In this document: positions 8,708 to 16,673 of the stretch, piece after piece | Numbering within the stretch: the first letter of the stretch is position 1 | Layout: each line of letters begins with the position of its first letter | NCBI GenBank assembly: GCA_005893305.1 | Contig: VBOZ01000008.1 | Location: 9,286-73,285 of the forward strand | Reading direction: 5' to 3' | Origin: Candidatus Eiseniibacteriota bacterium | Lineage (GTDB): Bacteria > Eisenbacteria > RBG-16-71-46 > SZUA-252 | Length of the DNA: 64,000 bases | Position numbers and translations under genes: made by a program | Notes under the pieces: model-generated | Seen by the model: only the letters and a program-made list of their open reading frames with translations | What the model was told of the DNA's origin: nothing | Databases searched by the model: none

Positions 8708-9541
8708 CTATCCCTTCGCGGGCTTCCGCTGCCCGAGAAACGCGATGTTGCCCAGGATGATCATGAACGCGATGAACACGTGGGCCAGGGACTGGGCGTC
8801 CATCCCCCTCGTGGCGAGCGCGGGCTTCCCCACGAGAGCTTCGTACTCCGCGGCGCCGGCCATGCCCCCCAGCAGCCCCTGGAGCTGTCCGGCCTGGAGG
8901 TAGGGATAATACTCGGGCGCGCTCACGGCGGTGACCCCGGCGATCATCGGCACGTGAAAGCGGGACACCACCTGCTGCACCCACTCCTTGGTCCCCGGAT
9001 ATCCCGCGCTGATGCTCACGATCATGTCGATCTGCTGAAAGTTCTCGATCCCCCTCATGACCGGAATCTTCGAGACCGGAACGCCTCGGCTGTCCACCGG
9101 GAACGTCTTCGGAATGCTGGTGCCCATCGAGGACATCACCAGCTCGTTCCCGACCTTGTAGCCCAGGTTCACGTAGTCGACGCCGAGTTTCTTTCCAAGC
9201 TCCGCGCCCATGGTCCGCAGCACGTCGTCGCCGATGGGAACGCCCGCGGGGTAGAGCTCGACGCCGATGATCTTGATGTTCCGCCGCATCAGCTGGCGGG
9301 CCGCGGCGAGGTGCATGGGATAGTTCTCGGCCCTCGTCCCGGGATCGTAGTCCGCGGCGACCAGCACCGTGGAGCCTTCCGGGAGGCGCTCGATGGCATC
9401 GTAGAAGCCCTTTGCGCGATGGCTGGGCACGACGGGCGCGAGGTGAAAGCCGAAGAGGAGCGGGGCGATGACCAGGAGCCCGACGGCCAGAAAGATCCAT
9501 CGGCGGTCCAGCGCCCGCAGCCCGGCCAGGAAGTCCCTCAC
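8708..9541 (-). CDS. hypothetical bitopic membrane protein with central globular domain (quartet member 3)
   Basis: 277 aa. N-terminal TM (WIFLAVGLLVIAPLLFGF), a globular region of about 220 aa, and a C-terminal TM (LAHVFIAFMIILGNIAFLG). 4-nt overlap with the upstream gene. Confidence 0.65.
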   Translation of the reverse strand: MRDFLAGLRALDRRWIFLAVGLLVIAPLLFGFHLAPVVPSHRAKGFYDAIERLPEGSTVLVAADYDPGTRAENYPMHLAAARQLMRRNIKIIGVELYPAGVPIGDDVLRTMGAELGKKLGVDYVNLGYKVGNELVMSSMGTSIPKTFPVDSRGVPVSKIPVMRGIENFQQIDMIVSISAGYPGTKEWVQQVVSRFHVPMIAGVTAVSAPEYYPYLQAGQLQGLLGGMAGAAEYEALVGKPALATRGMDAQSLAHVFIAFMIILGNIAFLGQRKPAKG

Positions 9542-10179
9542 GCGCCTCCTTCCCCTCCGCCGCCGTAGGCCTTCTCGAGGCCGAGGATGACCCGGATGCC
9601 GGTGGCCATGACCCCGAGCGCCGCGCCGATCAGAATGCCCCGCTTCGCGGCGTTCTGCGGAATCTCCATCAACCAGTCCGCCGCGTCCGGTATGTAATGG
9701 CTAATCGCGTTGCCGAGCGGAACGCGGCCGATCATGAGGATGAACGCCGCGATGGCGAGCAGGAGCGCCTCAGGCGAGCGGATCCGGAACGCGCGGAACG
9801 CGGCGGACGCGATGAAGAACGCCAGGAGCGCGAACATGGTGGACGTCATCGGCGAGTAGAACGTGAGGTAAATCCACTGGAAGCGTGAATGCACGTCCGA
9901 GTAGTGGTTCCCTTCCGAGAACCCGATCGCCATCGTGGTCAGAAGGCCGAGGATGAGCACGATCTTGTAGATCCAGTCACCCTCTCTCCGCTGGGCCTGG
10001 CGGAGGTTGATACGCAAGAGATTCGCGACGCCCAGGACGTACGTGCAGCCGACCACCACGATCCCCCAGTTCTGCACGTCGCCGTAGAGATCGTGGATCC
10101 AGGGATGCGGCACGAAGAAACCGATCAGGCAGAAGATCCCCGACACCAGAGTGATCAGGATCGGGACTTCGCGCTTCAT
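9538..10179 (-). CDS. hypothetical polytopic membrane protein (quartet member 2)
   Basis: 213 aa with 5-6 hydrophobic helices and a Gly-rich tail. No family motif recognised. Confidence 0.65.
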   Translation of the reverse strand: MKREVPILITLVSGIFCLIGFFVPHPWIHDLYGDVQNWGIVVVGCTYVLGVANLLRINLRQAQRREGDWIYKIVLILGLLTTMAIGFSEGNHYSDVHSRFQWIYLTFYSPMTSTMFALLAFFIASAAFRAFRIRSPEALLLAIAAFILMIGRVPLGNAISHYIPDAADWLMEIPQNAAKRGILIGAALGVMATGIRVILGLEKAYGGGGEGGA

Positions 10180-10189
10180 CGCGGACGCC

Positions 10190-11335
10190 TCACTGGGTGG
10201 CGAAGAAGCCGGTGAGCCACGACTGGCCGAAGGTGAGGAGGAGCGAGCCGGCGACGATGACCGCGATGAGGAAAATCTTGACCGTGTCGGAGGCCTTGAG
10301 GCTCCCCAGAAGGCGCGCGTCGTTCGAGAGGAGAGCGCTGGCCGCGAAATATTCCTCGCCGATCAGCGTGTAGTCGCAGGCGACGACGAAGAACGGCATC
10401 TGATGCACGTTGGCGGTGCCGGCGATCTGGATGGCCCCGACCGAGTGGCCGGTCTCCGCGAGGAGGAGCGATTCCGCGAAGAAGGCGCCGAGAAGGAAAT
10501 TCGCGGCGGGACGCTCCCGGAGCATGATGCCGTTGACCGCCGCGACGTAGGCGAACTGCTCCGAGGTGATGTAGCGGACCTGGTCGCTCCGGTACGCGTC
10601 GGACCGGCCCACGTCCGCGTAGGCCGACTTGACTACCTCCTCGGCCACCGTGTAGACGCCCGGCGAGTTCGCGGGAACGAGCAGATTGGTCTCGTACTTG
10701 GCGGCCATCCGGGCGACCTTGGTCAGGAGGATCATGCTCGCGATGGTCTGGATGTCGTCGATCTCCTGAACCCCGGGCACGTAGAGGATGCCGCGCCCCA
10801 TCTCCGTCGCTCGTCCGATCGCTTCCTCGATCGCGGCGAGCCCGGGGATCTTCCGGAAAGACCAGCGAACCCCGCTCTCGGCCTGGCGAATGTAGAAGAA
10901 GAGGAGAAAAAAGAAGATCCCTGCGACCACCAGGACGTTCAGCTTGGTCCGGTCGAACCACGCGGCGAGGGCCCGCGTCGGCGCGGAGACTTCGGAGTCG
11001 AGCTGAGGGTCGGTCGGCTGGGCGACGAGCTGATATTCGTAGAAGACGCCGGTCTGGACGGCGCCGTCGCGGAAGGAATGGGCCGTCCCCTCGATGGTGA
11101 TCACCGGCGCGAAGGTCCCCCCGCGCTCGCGGCGGACGAGGACCCACTCCTTGGCCACGGGCGCTGGAGCGGTCCATTCGAGGGTGATGCTTCCCCCGCC
11201 GTCGTTCGGCGTGTCCCTTGCTCTGAGCGGGAAGGCGGCTGCGGGGGAGGCCAACAGGAGAGAACAGAGGAAAAACACGACTGAAACGGCCGCCGGGAGG
11301 TGTACGCCCGCTCTGCCACGCTCGACGCCCAGCAC
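10190..11335 (-). CDS. hypothetical membrane protein with FN3-like ectodomain (quartet member 1)
   Basis: 381 aa. Signal peptide (VVFFLCSLLLASPAAA), then an FN3-like pattern (SITLEWTAPAP...WVLVRRE...FRDGAVQTGVFYEYQLVA). This is followed by a TM, a globular domain of about 190 aa and a C-terminal TM. GTG at 11333-11335 is preceded by GGGAGGGG. Confidence 0.65.
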   Translation of the reverse strand: MLGVERGRAGVHLPAAVSVVFFLCSLLLASPAAAFPLRARDTPNDGGGSITLEWTAPAPVAKEWVLVRRERGGTFAPVITIEGTAHSFRDGAVQTGVFYEYQLVAQPTDPQLDSEVSAPTRALAAWFDRTKLNVLVVAGIFFFLLFFYIRQAESGVRWSFRKIPGLAAIEEAIGRATEMGRGILYVPGVQEIDDIQTIASMILLTKVARMAAKYETNLLVPANSPGVYTVAEEVVKSAYADVGRSDAYRSDQVRYITSEQFAYVAAVNGIMLRERPAANFLLGAFFAESLLLAETGHSVGAIQIAGTANVHQMPFFVVACDYTLIGEEYFAASALLSNDARLLGSLKASDTVKIFLIAVIVAGSLLLTFGQSWLTGFFATQ

Positions 11336-11380
11336 GCGAATTCGACCCCTCCCTACGTCTTACGTCCGGCGTTCCCAATC

Positions 11381-11410
11381 ACGTTAGTGGCGCTCCGGCG
11401 CGGGTGTCAA
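11381..11410 (-). promoter_or_regulatory. promoter candidate TTGACA-18-TAACGT inside the module
   Basis: Minus strand: CTTGACACCC...CCACTAACGTG, with -35 at 11410-11405 and -10 at 11386-11381. It sits in the only sizeable gap (99 nt) of the gcvT-to-gpmI gene string, leaving a 45-nt leader with a Shine-Dalgarno sequence. Confidence 0.4.
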
Positions 11411-11434
11411 GCGGCATCTGCCCGTTCCGAGGCT

Positions 11435-12565
11435 CTAGGACTCGATCATCTCCACGTTCGCGCGCGGCAAGAGCGTGCGTTTGCCGTCTCCAAAATCCAC
11501 CTCGAGGACCCGGACTTTAGCTTCGGTCTCGAGAGGGACGAGCTCGGGCGGCAGGGACACGACCTTCCCGAGGCGCCCGAAGTACGGCTCTCGAATGGCG
11601 CGGATCAGGCTCCCGACCGTGAGCCCCTCGGGCTCGGCACCGTCGGCGCGAGCCTCCGCCGGGATCGCCTCCGTCAGGCGGGGCGCCACGATCTCGGGCC
11701 TGAGCACCCCCGCGCGGATCTGCGTCGCGCCGCTCACGGAGACCTTTCGCCCCTCGCAGCTTTTCAGGAGCTCGAACGTCCGGCCGGCCATCGGAATCTC
11801 TCCGAATCCCTCCGTGACGACGAGCGTCAGCCCCTTTTCCTCGGAGCCGGTGATCGCCACGCCCAGGTCGTAGCCGAGGAACTCGCGGAGGTCCTGGTCG
11901 TCGAACCCGCCGATGACCACGGCCTTCGCGCCGAGCTGGATCGCCCGGTTGAGGACCCTCGTCGTGACGTGCGATCCCCCCACGAGGACCTTCCCCCGTA
12001 CATCGCTCCCGAGATTCGCCTCGGTCAGCGCCTCCCCCGGTCCCGCCACGCAGACGTGCAGCTGCCCGCTGATCTCTCCCCCGATGCCGAAGATCCCCTG
12101 GATGAAGGTGCCGCGCGTCTCGACGGTGACCCCCTGGCTCTCGTGCACCTCGACGACCGTCCCGTCGACGTAGGCGTCGACCTCGACCGGAATCGGCGGC
12201 TCGCGGAGCAGGGCCTGGCCCGTGACCGTGGAGACGCTCTCCACCGTGCCGTCGGTGGGCGACAGGACCTTCGACCGGAAGAGCCCGAAGAAGGAGCGGC
12301 TTTCCGCGATCGCTTCCCCTTTCTTCACCGGGGATCCGATCGGCTTCACGAGGCAGTCCGGGACATCCTCGGGGAGAACGCCCATGATGTTCGCCGCGTT
12401 CACGGTCTGGACGTTTCCGGGCAGCTCGGTCCGTGCGACGATCGTCTCGGCCTCGACCTTCTGTCCGACCGAGACCAGAACGGTTCCCGCGAGCGGGAGC
12501 TTCCTCTCCCGACGCAGCGTCGTGAAGGCGGAGACCTTGAGTCCGGGCGTGTACGAGTGGGCCAT
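11435..12565 (-). CDS. hypothetical soluble protein with N-terminal barrel-sandwich-hybrid-like fold and Rossmann-like middle domain
   Basis: 376 aa. N-terminus LPLAGTVLVSVGQKVEAETIVA...VKKGEAIAE...LSPTDGTVESV recalls the NqrA/RnfC/HlyD-type hybrid motif. The middle region reads GKVLVGGSHVTTRVLNRAIQLGAKAVVIGG. No confident family call. Confidence 0.6.
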   Translation of the reverse strand: MAHSYTPGLKVSAFTTLRRERKLPLAGTVLVSVGQKVEAETIVARTELPGNVQTVNAANIMGVLPEDVPDCLVKPIGSPVKKGEAIAESRSFFGLFRSKVLSPTDGTVESVSTVTGQALLREPPIPVEVDAYVDGTVVEVHESQGVTVETRGTFIQGIFGIGGEISGQLHVCVAGPGEALTEANLGSDVRGKVLVGGSHVTTRVLNRAIQLGAKAVVIGGFDDQDLREFLGYDLGVAITGSEEKGLTLVVTEGFGEIPMAGRTFELLKSCEGRKVSVSGATQIRAGVLRPEIVAPRLTEAIPAEARADGAEPEGLTVGSLIRAIREPYFGRLGKVVSLPPELVPLETEAKVRVLEVDFGDGKRTLLPRANVEMIES

Positions 12566-12568
12566 GCG

Positions 12569-14392
12569 TCAGACCTTCACGGCGGCAACGGGGTAGGCAT
12601 CGAGCGCCTCATTCCATTCCGCCAGCTTCGAAATGCGGCGATCGCGGTCCGCGGGGAGCGTGAACGGCTGGCGACCCCGACAATCGAAGATCACGCCCAC
12701 CACGCCGCCCTTCAAGACCACCTCGCGCTCACGGCCCTTCCCGGCGCCGACGTCGAGCCCCCGCTCGGGATTCAGGACGGCTTTCACCGACTCGCCCTCC
12801 GGCACGGGAACGAGCTTCAGATACCCGTACGGGATCGACAGGGTCTCCCGGCGTCCGTCCGGGAACTCCAGGGAGGCGCGCAGGGCCGTGACCCCCTCCT
12901 TCCCCGGGCCGACCGGCGCCACCGTCGAGCCGAGACGGATGAGGCAGTCTTTCTCGAACACCTGCTTCGCGGCCCTGGGATGCACGGTCGACAGAACGCC
13001 GAGCTGCGGCATCATGAAGATGGAATCGACCGCCAGCTCGGTCACGTGCTCCGGGAGGAAGGCGTCGAGAAGCATGAGCGCCGCCTGGGCCCGGCGCGGC
13101 GCGTGCGACAGGACGCCGCCGCTTCCCACCAGAAGGTCCAGGTGGTCGAGCCGCACCAGCGTCTCGCCGCTCCCCGTCTGCTCGAAGGTGTCCGAGATCG
13201 TCCGCTCCTGCTGCACCCCCTTGAGACCGACCGCCAGCATCTTGTGCTGCTCGAAGGCGAGGCGCAGCGCCTCCCGGGAGATCGCCTGCTCGATGATCAG
13301 CTCTTCCAGGGTCTGGGGAATCGTCGTCGGCCGGATCATCTTGTTCTTGATCCGATTTCTGAGATCGTGCTCGCTGATCTCGAACGGCACCCAGCGCAGG
13401 ATGTTCGGGAGGCCGGCCTCCGCCAGGACGTTCGAAACGCTGTACGACATCCCGAGGTTGGCGCTGACCGTCCGGTTGAACACGCTCTGGAACACCGAGA
13501 AGACGTCGGTCGTCGCGCCGCCGATGTCCACGCCGATCACGCTGATCTTCTCGTCCCGGGCGATCGTCTCGATGATGAGGCCCACCGCGCCGGGCGTGGG
13601 CATGATCGGAACGGGCGACCACGTCATCAGCTTCCGGTAGCCCGGAGCGTGCGCCATCACGTGCTCCATGAACAGGTCATGGATCATGTCGCGCGCCGGG
13701 GTCAGGTTCTCCCGCTCGAGGACGGGCCGGAGGTTGTCGGTGATCTTGAGCGCGGTCTTGTGCGCCAGCCGCTCTTCCACGATCTTCCGCGCGTCCTTGT
13801 TCCCGGCGTAGATCACCGGCAGCTCGTACCCGGCGCCGAGGCGCGCTTTCGGGTCCGCCGCAGCGAGCAGCTCCGCCATCTCCGCGACGTGGGAGGTCGT
13901 CCCTCCGTCCACCCCGCCGGATAGGAGGATCATGTCGGGGCGAAGTTGGCGGATGCGCTTGATCTTCTGGTACGGCAGGCGGCCGTCGTTGCTCGCGATC
14001 ACGTCCATCACGATCGCCCCGGCGCCGAGCGCGGCGCGCTGGGCGCTCTCCCCGGTCATGCTCTTCACCACGCCCGAGACCATCATCTGGAGGCCACCGC
14101 CCGCGCTGGAGGTCGAGATGTAGAGATCGACTCCCTGCGTTCCGGACTGGGGGGTCATGATCCTCTCGCCGTCCAGGATCTTCCGGCCGGCGAGCTCCTC
14201 CACCTCCATGATCGCGTTGAGGACGCCCCGCGTCACATCCTCGAACGGGGCTTCGACCGTGGTCGGCGCCTCGCCGCGAACGATCAGGCGATATTCGTCC
14301 CCGCGCCGCTCGATCAGGATCGCCTTCGTCGTCGTGCTCCCGCAGTCGGTCGCGAGTATCGAATTGATCGCTTCAGGCTTTGGGATCGTCAC
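12569..14392 (-). CDS. GlmL/MutL-type ASKHA (actin-fold) ATPase-like protein
   Basis: 607 aa. ATDCGSTTTKAILIE lies at the N-terminus and there is a second phosphate-binding-like site, VIGVDIGGATTDVFSV. This is the pattern I know from glutamate mutase accessory protein GlmL (MutL family). Confidence 0.65.
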   Translation of the reverse strand: MTIPKPEAINSILATDCGSTTTKAILIERRGDEYRLIVRGEAPTTVEAPFEDVTRGVLNAIMEVEELAGRKILDGERIMTPQSGTQGVDLYISTSSAGGGLQMMVSGVVKSMTGESAQRAALGAGAIVMDVIASNDGRLPYQKIKRIRQLRPDMILLSGGVDGGTTSHVAEMAELLAAADPKARLGAGYELPVIYAGNKDARKIVEERLAHKTALKITDNLRPVLERENLTPARDMIHDLFMEHVMAHAPGYRKLMTWSPVPIMPTPGAVGLIIETIARDEKISVIGVDIGGATTDVFSVFQSVFNRTVSANLGMSYSVSNVLAEAGLPNILRWVPFEISEHDLRNRIKNKMIRPTTIPQTLEELIIEQAISREALRLAFEQHKMLAVGLKGVQQERTISDTFEQTGSGETLVRLDHLDLLVGSGGVLSHAPRRAQAALMLLDAFLPEHVTELAVDSIFMMPQLGVLSTVHPRAAKQVFEKDCLIRLGSTVAPVGPGKEGVTALRASLEFPDGRRETLSIPYGYLKLVPVPEGESVKAVLNPERGLDVGAGKGREREVVLKGGVVGVIFDCRGRQPFTLPADRDRRISKLAEWNEALDAYPVAAVKV

Positions 14393-14841
14393 GGAGAATC
14401 CTTCCCTTTCCGGGCCTGATCGCGGGCCGCGCGCTCCTCGGCCTTCCGCTCGCGCTCGGCCTGCCTGGCCTTCTCGTCCCGGTCCTCGATCTTCACCAAG
14501 AGTACCTCGATGTTCTCGCGCCGCTCCATGAGCGCCGCGAATCGCTCGTATTCCGGGACCGTGAAGAGCGCCCGGACCATCGGCTCGAAAAAGTAGAGCG
14601 CCTGGCTCCCCAGGAAGGAGAGCGGCTTCACGCTTTCGAGAAACAGGATCGCCGGAACCGTCATCCGGCGCGACACCGCGAACTCGGCCAGCCGCTCCAA
14701 GAGACGCTCGTCTTCCGGAGAGCGCCCGCCGTCCCGAGCCGGGTCGGAGCCCGCGGGCGGATCAGGCCGCCTAGGCTTCCGCGGCACCTCGCCCGATACG
14801 GGCTTCGACGAACGCCACCACTTGATCGCGATTTCCTCCAA
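14389..14841 (-). CDS. hypothetical protein with charged coiled-coil tail
   Basis: 150 aa. Conserved-looking core (MTVPAILFLESVKPLSFLGSQALYFFEPMV) and a KE/R-rich C-terminus. The listed TTG start overlaps the upstream gene by 71 nt; an internal GTG at 14785-14787 is an alternative start. Confidence 0.5.
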   Translation of the reverse strand: MEEIAIKWWRSSKPVSGEVPRKPRRPDPPAGSDPARDGGRSPEDERLLERLAEFAVSRRMTVPAILFLESVKPLSFLGSQALYFFEPMVRALFTVPEYERFAALMERRENIEVLLVKIEDRDEKARQAERERKAEERAARDQARKGKDSP

Positions 14842-15220
14842 AGAGAAGCCGGACGCCTCGGTAGGCTTCCAGCCAGTTTCGCCGGTCGAATGGGCTCAGG
14901 AACACGCCGGTCCGATCCACGGTCATCCGCCGCATCTCCGTCCACGGACGCACGCGCGAGACCCCGAGCGAGCGCACCTCCAACGACTCCTTCGTCAGTC
15001 GGTAGCTCGTCGGGAGCAGAAACGAAGAGAGCGACGCCAGGACGAAGCCCGGAGCGGCCACGCCCAGGAACGAATCGTCGGTTCCCTTCTTCACGAGCAT
15101 GCCCAGCACGACCGCGGCCACGATCAGCACCGCGGCGGCGAGGGGACGCTCACGCGCCGGCCAGGCGGTCCAGCTCAGCTCCCCTGCCTTGCGCGGCCGC
15201 TCCTCATGCGGCTCCGCCAT
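14771..15220 (-). CDS. hypothetical 2-TM protein with bacterial PH-like C-terminal domain
   Basis: 149 aa. Two hydrophobic helices, then YRLTKESLEVRS...VRPWTEMRRMTVDRTGVFLSP, which resembles bPH/YdbT-type domains. Overlaps the gcvPB stop by 17 nt. Confidence 0.5.
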   Translation of the reverse strand: MAEPHEERPRKAGELSWTAWPARERPLAAAVLIVAAVVLGMLVKKGTDDSFLGVAAPGFVLASLSSFLLPTSYRLTKESLEVRSLGVSRVRPWTEMRRMTVDRTGVFLSPFDRRNWLEAYRGVRLLFGGNRDQVVAFVEARIGRGAAEA

Positions 15221-16673
15221 GAGCCTCCGTGTCCTGCCAGCTGAGCTCCAGTCTCCGCGCGGCGCGGGCCTCGTCGAGGCGGCGTACCGGCGTCTTCGTG
15301 GGAGCGGCCTTGACCCGAGCCGGGTCCTCGATCGTCTCCCGGTCGATCGTGAGCATTGCCTCGGCGAACGAATCGAGGCTCGCCTTCGTCTCCGTCTCCG
15401 TCGGCTCGATCATGAGCGCCTCGTCCACGATGAGCGGGAAGTAGGTCGTCGGGGCGTGCATGCCGAAATCGAGCAGCCGCTTCGCCACGTCGAGCGCCTT
15501 CACGCCCCGCGCCTTCTGCCGGCTCGCCGAGAGGACGAACTCGTGCATGCAGTACCCGGGGTGCGAGGGCGCGTAGGCCTCCACGAGGCGCGCCTTGAGA
15601 TAGTTCGCGTTCAGGATCGCCTCGCGGCTCACCTCGGAAATCCCCGTCCCGCCCAGCGTCCGCATGTAGCAGAGCGCGCGGAGGAGGATGCCGAAATTGC
15701 CGTAATGCGAGTGGACCCGGCCGATCGATCGGGGCCGCTCGTAGCTCCAGCTGTAGCGCTCACCATTCTTCTCGAGCACGGGGAGCGGGAGATAAGGCTC
15801 CAGCTCCTGCCGGGTGCATAGAACCCCGCCGCCGGGGCCGCCCGTTCCGTGGGGCGTCGAGAACGTCTTGTGGAGGTTGATGTGGGCGAAATCGAACCCC
15901 ATCGCGCCGGGGTTCGCGAGGCCCACCATCGCATTGAGGTTCGCGCCGTCCAGGTAGAGGAGCGCTCCCGCTTCGTGAACCAGGCGCGCGATCTCCCCGA
16001 CGTGCGTCTCGAAAATCCCCAAGGTGTTCGGGTTGGTGAGCATCATCGCGGCCGTCTTCTTGGTGATCGCGTTCCGCAGCGCGTCCATCTCCACGCGCCC
16101 GTCCGGCCCCGAAGGGACGGTCACGACCCGATAGCCGACCTGGTGCACCGTCGAGGGGTTCGTGCCATGGGCCGAATCGGGGACGATGACCTCTTCGCGG
16201 GCGTCTCCCCGATCGCGGTGGTAGGCGCGCGTCATGAGGATCGCCGTGAGCTCGCATTGCGCCCCGGCCACCGGCTGCGTCGTGATCGCGGGCATCCCCA
16301 TCACCGTCTTGAGCCAATCTTGAAGCTCCCAGATGACCGCCATCGCTCCCTGCGAGGTCTCCTCCGGCTGCAACGGATGCAGCATTGCAAATCCCGCAAT
16401 ACGGGCCACTTCATCGTTTAGCTTCGGGTTGTACTTCATGGTGCAGGAGCCGAGCGGATAGATCGCTTTGTCGATGTGGTGGTTGAGCGTCGAGAGGTTC
16501 ACGAAGTGGCGGACCGCGACCGGCTCGGACACCTCGGCAAGGGCGGGGGCCGCGCGCCGCAGGCGATCCTTGGGGATCACGCGCTCGGCTCCCTGCGCGG
16601 GCACGTCGAGCGGCATGAGCCGCGGGCCGCGGTGCCCAGGAACCGAGAGCTCCCTCAAGGTCAGCTCCGACAC
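15204..16673 (-). CDS. gcvPB: glycine dehydrogenase (decarboxylating) subunit 2
   Basis: Track ORF 15204..18074 trimmed to the GTG at 16671-16673 (VSELTLRELS...), in frame and overlapping the gcvPA stop by 13 nt. PLP site: NLHKTFSTPHGTGGPGGG. Confidence 0.9.
   Translation of the reverse strand: MSELTLRELSVPGHRGPRLMPLDVPAQGAERVIPKDRLRRAAPALAEVSEPVAVRHFVNLSTLNHHIDKAIYPLGSCTMKYNPKLNDEVARIAGFAMLHPLQPEETSQGAMAVIWELQDWLKTVMGMPAITTQPVAGAQCELTAILMTRAYHRDRGDAREEVIVPDSAHGTNPSTVHQVGYRVVTVPSGPDGRVEMDALRNAITKKTAAMMLTNPNTLGIFETHVGEIARLVHEAGALLYLDGANLNAMVGLANPGAMGFDFAHINLHKTFSTPHGTGGPGGGVLCTRQELEPYLPLPVLEKNGERYSWSYERPRSIGRVHSHYGNFGILLRALCYMRTLGGTGISEVSREAILNANYLKARLVEAYAPSHPGYCMHEFVLSASRQKARGVKALDVAKRLLDFGMHAPTTYFPLIVDEALMIEPTETETKASLDSFAEAMLTIDRETIEDPARVKAAPTKTPVRRLDEARAARRLELSWQDTEAHGGAA

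Noticed and set aside
8056-12565. Nqr/Rnf-like redox pump, suggested by the subunit size pattern of 376/381/213/277/214 aa against NqrA-E
   Set aside because: Only the sizes and the hybrid-barrel N-terminus resemble Nqr. The polytopic proteins lack the NqrD/E-type sequences I know. There is no FMN-attachment motif in the 277-aa protein and no NqrF/RnfB-type Fe-S or flavin subunit.
11435-12565. The 376-aa protein as a lipoyl or biotinyl carrier modified by the nearby lipoate-ligase-like enzyme
   Set aside because: The hybrid motif lacks the (E/D)-x-D-K-A or A-M-K-M lysine context. GcvH in the same string already explains the presence of the ligase.
12569-14392. Diol/glycerol dehydratase reactivase large subunit (DdrA), which is also about 607 aa
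   Set aside because: Only the length matches. The N-terminal and internal phosphate-binding motifs follow the GlmL pattern, not the DdrA sequence I recall. No dehydratase genes are present.
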